From positions 1,128,330 through 1,165,521 of the forward strand of contig NC_057753.1 in assembly GCF_004010195.1 (NCBI RefSeq): a DNA stretch of 37,192 nucleotides, read 5' to 3'. A program made the position numbers and the translations under genes. The notes under the pieces are model-generated. The model was not told the DNA's origin. It searched no databases and worked only from the letters and a program-made list of their open reading frames with translations. Shown piece by piece: positions 1 through 11,960 of this stretch (within the stretch, counting starts at the first letter, position 1; each line of letters begins with the position of its first letter). Source of the DNA: Chiloscyllium plagiosum. Taxonomy: Eukaryota.

Positions 1-1384
1 ACTAGTGTCTTTATTACTGAACAACAATTTCTCTTGTTTTGGAAACTACAGGTCTTGCAGTGAATGTTCACATTTTATGAACTTTCCTAAATTTTATTTA
101 CGGGCATAATCTGATTCGTGCGCTAGGACTCACACATTTCTCTGTTTTTCAGAGAAGTTGAAAAACTTAACACATAGAATGTAATGCTTCCTTTTTATTC
201 TTCCTGACAAATTAGATAATTTCACGTTTTCCCTTTTCATACTCCGTTTTGCAAAGGTTTGGCCTCTCGTGATCTATCTACGCCCATTACCGATTCTTTT
301 TTCAATATTATATTCTTCATTTGGAGCAGTTTATTCTTTAAAAGGCAACGGATTGCAGTCTTCGAGTACTTTGAACGCAGAGGTAAGGAGCTGAAGAGTT
401 ATCGTGAATGGCAGGAATATACAGTTGTTCGACCAGCCACAAGTTACTGAATTACACAGCAATCTCGTGGAACCGAGTGATTTACCATTGTTTCCTTATT
501 CAAATACATGACATTTACTTAAAAGACTGCATTAGTTTGAAATACTTTCTTGATTCGATGCAATATATTTACGTAAATGGCTTGACGTTTGAGCAATGCA
601 ATAATTATGGTGAAGTGTTTTTTAGAAGCCCGTTTCTTTAGCATTTTGCGATTTAAACTCAGCACTAAATGAGTTTTCTTGGAAGAAGGATTTAATATTG
701 GTGCTATAATCTGTCCAAATTCAAGGAAGAAAAACAACGCAAATGATCTTGCAATCTCGGTGTCCCCATGGATCTCACAATGGGTATTAGTATAGCAGCA
801 CTGGGAATGTATTTTTGCAAATACTTAATCACAGTGATTGCCTGTTAACAAAAAGGATGAATCATCTCACAGAGAAAATGTTGGTAACATATTATACAAT
901 TGCAAAGATATACTACACGATGCTTGCAGTCAATGGCATTCCTGGTAGGTTTCTATCATTATTCAAGATCTGTAAATTTGTTTTTACCTGCAATTGCAAA
1001 TACTGCACGCTGAATCATTATTGACTGTCATAGATTACATTGCAATTTCTAAAATTCTGTTCATAAATATCCCTGTGTTATATTTCATATTCTTATTTGA
1101 AAATAAACCCTCCTTTATGAATTGAATAATCAGGCAAGTCAATTTAATGCAAAACCATATGTTGCTGAATAAGACTTTCACGAAGACAAATTTCTAATGG
1201 AATGTCCTAGCGGGTGGGATTTGATCGTCCTATTATGGTAAATGGCAATCACTAACTTGCTTGGAAGCCCTTTCTCCATTGACAATGCATTGACCAGAGT
1301 AAATATTCATTGGAAAATTGCAGAAATTGTATGATATCGAATAGAGTCATATCCCGACCTCATTGCCTTGTCAGTGCTGCATGA

Positions 1385-1665
1385 CATAGAACATCGAACA
1401 TTACAGCACAACACAGGGCATTCGGGCCTCGAAGTTACGCCAACCTGTGGAACCAATCTGAAGCCAATCTTACCCTACACTATTCCGTTTTCATGCATAT
1501 GTTTACCCAATGACCATTTAAAAGCCCTTAAATTTGGCGAGTCTACTATTGTTTCAGGAAGTACGTTCCATGCCCCTGCTACTCTCTGAGTAAAGAATCT
1601 ACCTCGAATGTCTGTTCTATATTTCTCACCCCTCAATTTAAAACTATGTCCCCTCGTGCTAGCGG
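1385..1665 (-). mobile_element. CR1-clade LINE (HER1-like) 3' fragment in the GPCR intron
   Basis: Minus ORF TRGHSFKLRGEKYRTDIRGRFFTQRVAGAWNVLP is the typical CR1 ORF2 C-terminus. The 3' tail repeat catagaacatcgaaca is at 1385. Confidence 0.9.
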
Positions 1666-2249
1666 TTAAACTGAGCATTGGTTACTTACTGGCTGAAATA
1701 ATTTTATCTGGTGACCATATACCACTGGGAGTATCTGTCACTGTAAAAGTGGATTATTAACTGAAGAAAAAACAACTGGTGGCTTTGAAGATGTATTGGC
1801 AATTGCATTGACCATTGAAGAATTGAACTTTCGGAGTGGAAGAGGCCGGTTTAGTTCATAATAAAACTGAACTGACAGTCCCGAACCCAGACTGCATACG
1901 TTCCTGGTGTTAACTTTCACGGAATCCGTGGAGAAGGAGAGTGCGGTTTGTGTGGAGTCCAAGGCGAGGATGGTGGCGGGAAGGTTGGCCTGACATTTGT
2001 GTTAGAAAGGGGTCAAGCAATGTGCATCTGCAGCGATGATCATGAAACTATCATCCCTTGTCTTTCAATAACCTTTGCAACGCGGAATCCCCAACTACAA
2101 ACATTAGAAAGGGACTTTTTTTTTTACCAGAAGCTGTTGCTACAAGAGCTGGCTATAGGGTGACAATTCTGTGGCATTCAACTGCTCGAATACTGGCCAC
2201 TACTTACTAGGGACAAGGCAGGAGAGATGTGATGATCTCGAATTTCACT

Positions 2250-2450
2250 CACATGCAATATAAATGCACCCGTCATCTCAGATAAAAAACAAAGAGCTTG
2301 ATTCATCAACTCATCCGGAATCTTAAATGTTTAGTCTCTCCGCCACCATTTCTCAGTGCCAGCAGCATTCTGTACTACTTAAGGATATACTGCTACAAAT
2401 CACCAAGGGCTCTTTCAGTGCAACTTTCTATGCCCACGATCTCTACCAGT
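2250..2450 (+). mobile_element. Decayed L2/CR1-group LINE 3' fragment
   Basis: Recognised by eye as a degenerate match to the LINE family also seen at 16060-16610 (tctctccgccacc...cagtgccagcagcatt...gatatactgctacaaatcaccaagggctcttt...cgatctctaccag). Confidence 0.45.
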
Positions 2451-3029
2451 ATTCCTGCACAGCCTTGTTTGCCCTATGATAAAGTAACTGACTGAATCCT
2501 CTGAGCACTATCATCATCTGTTGATCAGTTATCTGTCATTGCATGAATGTGTTGAATGTAAATCAACAGTAACCATGTGAAGTAGCTCCTTCCTGTGACT
2601 GTAAATGCCTAGTCCAATTTTTGCTCTTTTCCTACGAGCTCCTTCCAACAATACAAGGAATGTATTCTTCGCTCAAATTTGAAGCAACGTCTGACACCAG
2701 GGGTGAGGCATTGCAAGCTCACCTCTCAGTAAGATACTAGACTGAGTGGAGTAGACTAGCCCATTCATTTTAAACATTTTATTTCTGGTTAAATATGTCT
2801 TCACTCCATCGTACTTTCACAATTTTATTCTTATCTTCGAGGATTCAATGTGGAATAATTTTGTAGTAAATTTAATTGATAGCAAATGTAAAAAAAAATG
2901 TAATGATATTTCACTTTTTTCTCATAAAGCGGAGAATTAAGGTCCTTAACATCTTTGGCTATAACATGCATTAGAACGTGGCCAAAAAAGACCACGTCAG
3001 AGTCTAGGAATCCTACACCAAGTAACACA

Positions 3030-3561
3030 CCTATTCGAAAGGATGTATTGGAACTAGTGGTGGTGCAGAGATGGTTCACTAGGTTGATTCCGGAGTTGAA
3101 GGGGTTGACTTATGAGGACAGTCTGTGTAGACTGGGATTGTATTCATTGGAATTCAGAAGAGCGAGGGGGGGGTTTATAGAAACAGATAAATTATGCAGG
3201 GAATAGATAAGATAGAAGTAGAGAAGTTGTTCCACTGGCCATTGAAGCTAGGACAAGAGGACACAGCCTCAAGATTGGAGAGAGCAGTTTTTGGATTGAA
3301 TTGAGCAGGAACGTCTTCACCAGAGGGTTGTTAACCGATGGAATTCATTTCCCAGTGACGTTGTTGACACTAATTCAGTCAACGCTTTTAAAACTAAGGT
3401 TTGTTTTAACAATAAAGGAATGAAGGGATACGTTGAGAGCGTGGGTAAGTGAATCTGAGTCCATGGAAAGATCATCCATGATTGTTTTGACTGACAGAGC
3501 AGGCTGGAAGGGCCAGACGGCCTACTCCTTCTCCTAGTTCATCTATTCTGCTGTTATGTTC
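3030..3561 (+). mobile_element. CR1-clade LINE 3' fragment
   Basis: KDVLELVVVQRWFTRLIPELKGLTYEDSLCRLGLYSLEFRRARG is the CR1 ORF2 end. It is followed by the 3' UTR gaagggccagacggcctactccttctcctagttc...tatgttc. Confidence 0.9.
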
Positions 3562-5321
3562 GACTGGATTGGATCAGGAGAACTGCTGTGAGGGCTTAAA
3601 TATCAGCTGATAAAAGGCATGATGTTGGGGTGAGTGTAACTGATGTCCACTATTTGATTTCAATATATGGTGATTTGGGACCGCAGGAATTGCTTGTTGT
3701 GTCTGGAGTGAAGGGCTATTGTCTCAAAAAAGCACTTTCGTGGCATTTTACAATTCTTCTTTCGCTAGCCCCATCAGACACAATGTTTATTGAGGACTGT
3801 GAAGCAAGCACAGCCAATGTTGAAATTTCTCTCCATATAATTTAAAAGCTGTCACCGGAATTAAAAATCCAAGTTGCTAACCTAACTACTCAGAGTGGCA
3901 GGTTGCCCATGTCTGCTCTTTCTCCAATAAGATTGAAGGTTAGTGTTGGAGCTGGATAATGGTCAGTTGTTTTATTATTACTACAGTAGTTAACTCTTTC
4001 TCATTTCTGTGCTAAATTTAAGTATCTGCTATCTTGACTCAGAGAGCTTGAAATGTTTCATCTGCAATTTCCAGGCTCATTTCCATTTTCCTGTCTCACA
4101 GTAAATATAGTAGCAATAGTGATCCTGTCTTGGGGAAAGTCTGGACTCTGCTCTTGCACCACTCGCTATCTGGTGTGTATGGACATATCTAATTTGTTGG
4201 TCCTTATCAGTGAAGTCATAGTACTGCGGATCAGTTACTATTACTTCCCAGGTCATTCCTGGACATAACCCCTGTGTACTGCATTACCTTAGGCCTGAGT
4301 CAGTTAGCCACAGACTGTTCTGTCTGGTTCACTGTCACTTTCTCCTTTGATTGATTTGTTGCCATTTGTTGCCATGAGATGAAAACGAAGTACTGCAATG
4401 TGAGAACTGCTTTTGTGGTGGTAGTAACGACTTGCATTCTCTTATGTTTATAAAAAAATATTTTCTATTTTGAATATGAAGCTGATGTAATAATCGACAA
4501 TGTACCTTGGTATTGTTTTGTCATGCAAGCTACTTCACAGATTCTGGGTGGGTAGGATTTGATTGGTTCGATGCAGTTTTAAACCCATTGTTCCAATTTA
4601 CTTTAATTTTGCTAATCAATGCTCAAACGGTTAGATATATTTTAGTGGCAAGTCGAGTCCGCAAGACTCTGTTGGGTCAAAGCAAGGGAGAAAACCGTAG
4701 TGACTCAGAGGTGGAGAATCGAATTGTCTGCAATTTTACTCTTCACCGCATATCTGGCAGCTTTATATTTCTGCGGTTGCCATATATTGTATATTTTTTC
4801 TACTACAATATTTCAGCAACAAATCCGTCAGGTTCTGTGTACAGTTCTTCATACATATTTTCGAAAGTTGGATTGTTGCTGGTGAATTTAAGTTGCATCA
4901 AACACATTTATTTAAGTCCTGACTCAGTCCAAGTTCCGAGAACAGATCAAGAGCGCCATTGAATATCCATTTTGATCAATTATACAACTCATTAATAAAC
5001 AATATAACTGATAGGCGGAACTTGCAAGTGTATGAGTACAATAGCGGCATGAGGTATATTGTCACGTGTAGACACACGAGAATAGTTAAAAAAATCACAA
5101 TATCGCTGATTATGGTGCCATTGTAAGTATAAAGGTATTTAGGTGCAAATTATGAGGAACATATTAAAAAATAAAGAAATAAAATGTCCGGCATTGTAGA
5201 TCTTCATGCCAGCTTACGTACAAAATATGTTCCTAGTAATAAAATATTAGACATGAACAAGCAGAATAAAGAAATAAAAATTTTAGAATTGCGAATCTTT
5301 CAAGAATAAAAGCCGGAGTAG

Positions 5322-5645
5322 GCGAGTCCATGTTGGCATGAAACTCGCACCAGTCTATACCAGGCTTCACCTGGAGGTTTTCGAAAATGGGAGTCTGCGC
5401 TGGCTTCATTCAAGGTGGGTTGTCTGCTCTGGCTTTGTCTTGAGAACAGGAATTTGCTCTGGATCTATCTCGAGGCTGAGAGTCCGCGCTGATTGCACTG
5501 GATGCTGGTAGTCCACGCCGGCTTTATCTCCAGTTTGGATGCCCGCTCTAATTTCAGCTCAAAGCTTGGAGTCCATGCTAGCTTCATTTGAGTCCGTGAA
5601 TCAGCTTTGGTTTCATGTCGAGGCCAGGAATCTGCTCTGAGGCTG
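5322..5645. repeat. Degenerate GC-rich minisatellite, about 30-bp unit, roughly 10-11 copies
   Basis: Approximate consensus GGAGTCCGCGCTGGCTTCATCTCGAGGCTG. Example units: ggagtctgcgctggcttcattcaaggtgg / ggaatttgctctggatctatctcgaggctg / ggagtccatgctagcttcatttgagtccg / tgaatcagctttggtttcatgtcgaggcca. Confidence 0.75.
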
Positions 5646-6559
5646 GCAGCCCACACAGCGGCCACAGTCTGCACCAAGGCTAGGGGTTTCTCCCAGAGCT
5701 TGATCTACAAGTGAAAGTATCCTTTTCCATGAGTACCTTGTAAGGTATCCATCACAAATGTCCTCACCTTTCTGTTTTCCAATGGGGAAAGGAGAATGGA
5801 AACATTGAAATATTCCACATAGGTGTTACATTTCGCATCTCTCTAAATGTTAGCAAGCTCATGCGTTTGCTAAAATTTGTGAGCTCATTTATTTAACTAC
5901 GTTTGCCCTTCCTCTCTTGATAAACTCCTTGAGACTGAATGAGAATGTTGGTAGTTTTTATGTACTGTATGGCCCTAAACTTACTTTAAAAGGAAAACTG
6001 AAAAATAGGATTGGGAAGATAAAATATGACCTCTCTAGCTCACACTGCCATTTTGCGTATCACTCACGAATATCACATTCTACTACACTTCCCACATGTT
6101 TTTAACCTTTGACTAAGGGAAAATATAAATATGCCAGCATCAGCTCTGAAATGTCTCAACGATGTTGCATTGAGAAGTGAATAATTTCCAAATCTCACAA
6201 TTTTCTGACTGACGAAATTAAACCTCATTGCTATGCTAAATAATCAGCTCTTACCCTGAAGTTGATTTGGATTTCCTAGTGATGCAAAGTGAGTTATTTG
6301 TGTGTCTTCAGTCAAGTCCCTTCAAAGCGTACTGTGTTTTCATGAGGTATTTCCCCATTCTTCAGAATTGTAAAGGGCATCATCCAAATATGCTTAGCTG
6401 CTCATCACAGGTTAATAACTATCGTCCCAGAAACATTCTTGGTAAATGTCTTGTTACAGCCTTGAATATAGGCATAGAAAACTTATACTGTGGAGGTATA
6501 GTCTGAGCAAAATTTCGTGCAGCTGTAGCAAGAACTTATTATTCTCGTAGTCCTCTTGT

Positions 6560-6830
6560 GAGAATTCGAGGATCAGGGATTATTGTTAAGATGTCTAAAT
6601 TTTAAGGGATGTGAACAATTTTGTTCTCTTCAAGATTCATTGGAGAATGGAGCTTTCTTCTCCAAGTGTTACGAAGAATTCGATCTTAAAATTTATTCAA
6701 GTTTTATCTGGATATTTAATGTACAAGGACATGGAGTACTGACGGATCCAAGCAGAGAAGTGGAGCAGAGATTGCAACCTTGTTGGAGCTGACTGGAAAG
6801 GCCAGATGGTCTACTTTGTTCCAATGTTTT
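6560..6830 (+). mobile_element. Old CR1 3'-end remnant
   Basis: Ends in gactggaaaggccagatggtctactttgttccaatgttt, resembling the CR1 3' UTR at 3500-3560. Confidence 0.5.
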
Positions 6831-7717
6831 GAAAGGAAAACACATACTTTGATATCCAATTAGGTTTATACACCTGGATGTTAATTTTCTGCTTTACTAC
6901 TCCAGGAGAATCAGCAATGAAAGTATCATACGTCATAAAGGGAATGTTTGTGTTGTGTGCTGCATTCTACAGTGACTAAACTTATTTTTAAGCCTCGTGT
7001 TATTCACTGCTAGATTGTCGTCCACATAAGCTGTTTATACCTAATTTCAAACTCTTAATCTTCTGCTCACAGTGTAGATTCCAGTTTAACTTTACACTGT
7101 TGATCATTTTATATCAAATAATATTGATCTATTATTAGTATTAGCAATATACGTTGTGCTCATTACTTGTGACAATTAATAAAAGTCGTGCTAATAATAA
7201 TTCCCTTATTTTTGCATGTAAAGTTTATTGAGGCAGGTATATTTATTTTGTGCATTAGCTGCTTCTATGCATCATTATCAAATGGCTTTTGGAAAATCAA
7301 ATATATTGAATTTACTGTTTATCCCTTTTTTACCCATCCAGCAAGCACCTTAAAAAGCAAATTTTTTTGCATAGATTTCCTTCCGTTTCACAAATGATGA
7401 CTTTATCTGAATATGACCTGGTTTCCTCTTTATTACTCTAAATTACTGAACAACAGATTGGTTCGCAGCTCTCTGAAACTAAACTTCCTCACCAATAAGT
7501 TGCCAAAGTTCTGTCCACAACCACTTAGCCTTCATCTGAGGTTTAGATCACAGAACACAACTCCCACCAATCCTGAGGTGCTGCTTTTTGAAAATTTACC
7601 ACTATTTATTTCGTGACATACCGTTTTGTCTACTCATGCCTGTGGAAAAGAAAATATTTGGGTTTTGAGGAAGCCATACAGTGAAAATTGTGAGAATCTA
7701 TATAATCCTAACACTAA

Positions 7718-7900
7718 ATATTTTTGAAACACATCAATGACTTACAAGTCGAAAGCGAAAGGACAATTTGAAACTTTTCCAGGAATCTGTCACAGTGGTG
7801 AAGATGAAACTGAAATTCAAGAGAGCAATGACAGACCAGTGATGTGGATGTCCACGTTGCAGACTTGTGAAAGAATGCATTTTGTAAATCAAAAATATAG
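7718..7900 (+). mobile_element. Old CR1 reverse transcriptase remnant
   Basis: Decayed reading IFLKHINDLQVESERTI*NF...EIQESNDRPVMW...CERMHF resembles the CR1 pattern F.IYINDL...ISKF...LQ.DLD.L..W...C.VMHF. Confidence 0.5.
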
Positions 7901-8049
7901 GACACAGAATTATGAAGAAGATGTGGAAAACAAGTAAAATGACGATATTTTATTTCATACTTCATCACTCGCATTGATTCCTTTCACACTTCCCCGGAAG
8001 TAAGTGACTTGTTAGGCATTTCCTAGGATTAAGGTTCAATGACATTACT

Positions 8050-8285
8050 GTGAGACCAGCTGAAAATGGTAACTTTTATTCCTTCAATGACTTTGGAGAA
8101 ATAGATATGGTTTAATTTTAAAAAAATGATCATGATTACCATCACTGAGATCAGTTTTTAATTCCAAGATATTCTGTTTAATGTCGACTCCCTCATATTC
8201 CATGCTGTGATTTCAAACTTCTTCCTAAAGCCATGAGCCTTATATTCTGTATTATTCGCTCAGTGAAATTACTCCTAGCTGTATT
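8050..8285 (-). mobile_element. Old tRNA-derived SINE remnant
   Basis: The reverse complement resembles the SINE at 11725-11960 (ggaattaaaaactgatctcagtgatggtaatcatgatc...gaaggaataaaagttacc). Confidence 0.45.
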
Positions 8286-8387
8286 CACTTATCTGTCCCT
8301 CAGGAAGTCTTTGTACATCGACATGACTCTCCAATCCCTCCATTAGGGAAGATATCACATTAATAAATACAACCACACAGACTTTCC

Positions 8388-11060
8388 ATAAGATAATAAG
8401 AAATCGGAGCAGAAATTAGGCCATTCAGCCCATCAAATCTGATCCGCCATTCAACTATGGCTGATAAGTTTCTCAAGCCCATTCTTCCACTTTCACCCCA
8501 TTACCCTTGATCTTCTTGATCATCAAGAAGTTACCCGTCTCTGTCTGAAATATATTAAATGACCTGGCCTCCACAGAGGTATTTGGCAGCGAATTCCATA
8601 GATTCACCACTCTCTAGCTGAAGATGTTTTCCCTTATGTCCGTTTTAAAATATATTCTCTTTGTTCTAAGTGTGTGCCCTCTTCTCCTCGTCTCTCCTAA
8701 CAATGGAAACATCTTCCCAACATCCAGGCCATTCCCAAAAAATGTGTACGCTTCATTTAGATCCACCCCTTATCCTTCTAAATTCCATCGAGTATAATCT
8801 CAGAGTCTTCAAACGTTCTTTATATGTTAACCTTTTCATTCCTGGGACGATTCTCGTGAACCTCCTCTGAACACACTCCAGGGCCAATGCATTGTTCCTG
8901 AGATATGGGGACCAAATGTGGTCTGACCAGAAATACATCACTCCTTTTATATTGAACTCCCTTGAAAATAAATGCCATTATCGCAGTTGCCTTCCTAAGT
9001 ACAGATTCAGCTGGCAAATTTACCTTGAGAGAATGCTGGAGTAGAACTACCAAGTCTTTTTGCACTTCAGACTTCTAAATTTTCTCCCCATTTGGAATGT
9101 CGTCCATAACTCTATTCTTCTTATAAAAGTGGATGACATCACACTTTCCCACGATGTATTCTGTCTGCCACTTTCTTGTCAACTCTCCTAACCCTGTGAA
9201 AATCATTCCACAGCCTTTCTGCCTCATGTCCCTTTACCTATCTTTGGATTGTATTCGAACTTAGCCAGAATGGTCTCAGTTCCTTCATCTGGATCGTTAA
9301 TTTATAGAATTAAAAGTTGTGGAACCAGCGCCAAACCTTGTGGAACACCACTTATGGAACAGCATTTCTTACCTGTTGTCATTCTGAGAAAGATCCTTTT
9401 ATCCAAACTCTCTGTTCCTGCAAGGAAGGCAAGCTCCTATCCATGCCAGCACCTTGCCAATAACACAATCGGCTTTAATCTTACTCAGTAGCTTCCTGTC
9501 CAGCAACGTTTCAAAAGACTTCCTGAAGTCCAGGTAGATAACATCAATTGGCTGTCCTTGATAAAATTATGCTGACTTTGCTTTATTTTATCGTACACTT
9601 CCAACTTTTCAGAAACCTCATCCTTCACAACAGTTTCGAGGATGTTACCCAAAACTGATGTTAGGCAAATCATTCTATAATTTTCCGTCATTTGACTTAC
9701 TCCCTTTTTAAATAAGGGTATCGCATTAGTGATTTTTCAGTCCTCTGGGGCCCTCCCTGATTGTAGAGATTTCTGAAAGATCACCACTAACGCCTTTATT
9801 ATCTCTTCAGTTAACTCCCTTCGAACTCAGGGTTTAGTCCATTTGGTAGAGGTGAGTTATCCACCTTCAGGCCATTCAGTTCTTCAGCACCTTATACTTG
9901 GTGATAGCCACCATACTCAGCTCTGCCCTGCACTCTCTTGATTGTTTGGGATATTACTCGTGTCTTCCACCGTGAAGACCGACATGAAATAATTGTTTAG
10001 TTAGTCAGTCATTTCCTTGTTCCCCATTGCCTATCTCTCTCGCGTCATTTTCCAGTCCAATGTCCACTTTTGCCTCTCTTTTGCTCTTTACATACACCAA
10101 AAAAGTCTTACACTCTCATTTTTATTACTGGCTATATTACCTGCATATGAATTATTTCCCCTCCGCATTTCTTTTTTTGTTGCCCCCTTTTGGTCTTTGT
10201 AAGCTTTAAAATACATTGATTTCCCACCGTCCTTCACAACATTTGTGCTTCCTCTTCAGCTTTTATGCTCGCCTTGCCCTCCATAGTCATCCATGGTTGC
10301 CTCATCCTCCCTGTGCCACGCTTCATTTTCCTCGGGATGAATCTTTGCTGAGTCTCCTGAATTATTCCCAGAAACTCCTACCATTGCTGTTCCACTATCT
10401 TTTCTGCTAGGCTCGTCTCCTAGTCAATTCTATCCACCTGCTCCGCCATGCCTCTGTACTTGCCTTCATTCCACTATAATACCAATACCTCGAATTGTAA
10501 AGTAAATTCAAATACGTTATGGTCACTGCCTTCTAAGGGTTCTTTAACCTTAAGCTTCCTTATCAAGTCTGCTTCATTACACAACATGAAATCCGGTACT
10601 GACTGTTCCCGAGTGTGCTCCATGACAAGCTGCTCCAAAATGCTATATAGTGGACATTCCATAAATTACTTTTCCTGAGAACCAAGAGAAACCTGATTTT
10701 CACGGTCCACCTGCATATTGAAACGCCTCATGATCACTGAAAATTTGCATTTTCTGCACATCTTTTCTATCTCCTGTTGTTTCTGGAGCCCCAGTTCCTG
10801 ATTTCTGTTTGGAGGCCTGTGCATAGCTCCAATTTTTTTTTTAACCTTTGCGGTTCTTCAATTCTACCCACGCAGATTATGCACCATGTGACCCTGCTTA
10901 ATTTCCTACTATTGACTTAACTTCTTTTCTTACTAAAAAGGCAGCCCACCTGCATAACTTTTCGTTAGGAAGCACATCCTTGAATAGTTAGCGCCTATTC
11001 CTGTTCCCCTTGCAACCATTCCTTTGTGATTCCTGCCATGTCATATCTACCAGTTCGATA
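8388..11060 (-). mobile_element. Long degenerate CR1 LINE ORF2 (endonuclease, RT, 3' UTR) with internal deletions
   Basis: Minus ORF pieces: LEQLVMEHTREQSVPDFMLCNEADLI...GSDHNVFEF (endonuclease), ENYRMICLTSVLGNILETVVKD (RT start), LECVQRRFTRIVPGMKRLTYKERLKTLRLYSMEFRR (C-terminus). 3' tail cataagataataagaaatcggagcagaaattaggcc. The 5' boundary is approximate. Confidence 0.92.
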
Positions 11061-11724
11061 TGCACCACAGCCTACATGCCATAATATATAACATCCTGTT
11101 CTCACTCCCACTCAAGGAGATACTAACACACTGGCATAATTTAGACACTTCTCTTAGAGGCATATCTGTGATCTTATCTGTGTCTCAGTCGATGTGTAAA
11201 ATGTTAAAACATTGACTGGTAACTTCAAGGCCCTCTCTCCCACATAGATATCTATGCAACGGTAGTTTGTTGCATCGTTCTGAGACTTCAGCACAATATA
11301 TTTGAAGTGACTAATGTCCATCAGTCCCCTTATCTCAATGAAATACCCAGACACATTATCGCTGTCTTCCTCAGGGAGATACTGCATACCGGCTCGCAAG
11401 AAACAACATTTTGAATCAGTGGCATTTTAAGTTTTCCAAACTGCATTTGTTGCCTGCAGATCTTCCGATAACTTCCCATACGGCACCTAAACTACCAAGA
11501 GTTGATTGGACGAAAGTAATTTATTATGATAGGAATTGGACAATAGATCAGAGCTTACATCACTCAGCATATGAATTGAAATGTTTTTCAAAGCAGTTCG
11601 GAGCTTAATCCCATTTGAGCTGGAAATCAACTTCATTATTAAATAATTGCAGATCCTTATCCTTTTCATAACACTGCAGTCAACCAGGTGTCAACATTAG
11701 TGAACCTGTGGCTATGACGACATT

Positions 11725-11960
11725 ATGGCAATGTTACTGGATTTCGAATCCAAGTAATGATTCAATGACACCTGCTCTTGTGCCATTATTCCAACAGGTA
11801 AATTTAGCAAACCACCATTAACCCTGGAATTGAATATGTTCTTGACACTAAATATAATGCGATGTTGCCAAGCAACTTAGTCCATTGTTGTCCCTTACGG
11901 AAGGGAATCTGCTTTCTTCATCTGATCTGTTCTCCGTGTGGTTTTGGTCACACAGTATCG
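11725..11960 (+). mobile_element. Old tRNA-derived SINE remnant
   Basis: tggcaatgttactgga head, ctggaattgaa, and tgtcccttacggaagggaatctgc...tctgatctg...ggtcacacag match an abundant chondrichthyan SINE as I recall it. Confidence 0.5.

Larger units (their letters stand above)
878..5011 (+). pseudogene. GPR139/GPR142-like class A GPCR pseudogene, two coding exons (878-944 and 4102-5011)
   Basis: Exon 1: ATG878, MLVTYYTIAKIYYTMLAVNGIP, then G|GTAGGT donor at 945. It joins in phase 1 to the acceptor ttttcctgtctcacag|4102. The reading continues VNIVAIVILSWGKSGLCSCTTRYLVCM..., DCSVWFTVTFSFD*FVAICC (DRF motif hit by TGA 4352-4354), NVPWYC, GWVGFDWFDAVLNPL, ILVASRVRK, SDSEVENR, TQSKFREQIK, ending at TGA 5009-5011. 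Lesions: frameshifts near 4251, 4525, 4723, 4748 and 4897; stops at 4352, 4451 and 4913. Confidence 0.9.

Noticed and set aside
259..737. Short ORFs at the start of the window
   Set aside because: No recognisable domain or splice support. Part (about 340-480) faintly resembles a very old CR1 fragment, but too weakly to call.
1200..1310. Possible Penelope-like 3' remnant
   Set aside because: Only a vague remembered resemblance; no hammerhead or coding motif is visible.
5322..5645. CRISPR-like interpretation of the 30-bp periodicity
   Set aside because: The units are contiguous and degenerate with no spacers, the context is a vertebrate genome, and there are no cas genes.
5841..5883. Hairpin ctctaaatgttagcaagc...gtttgctaaaatttgtgag
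   Set aside because: About 43 nt, AT-rich and imperfect. It is too short for a pre-miRNA and compatible with chance.
7068..7100. CACAGTG...CACTGT short inverted repeat
   Set aside because: No nonamers, and the orientation is wrong for a D segment.
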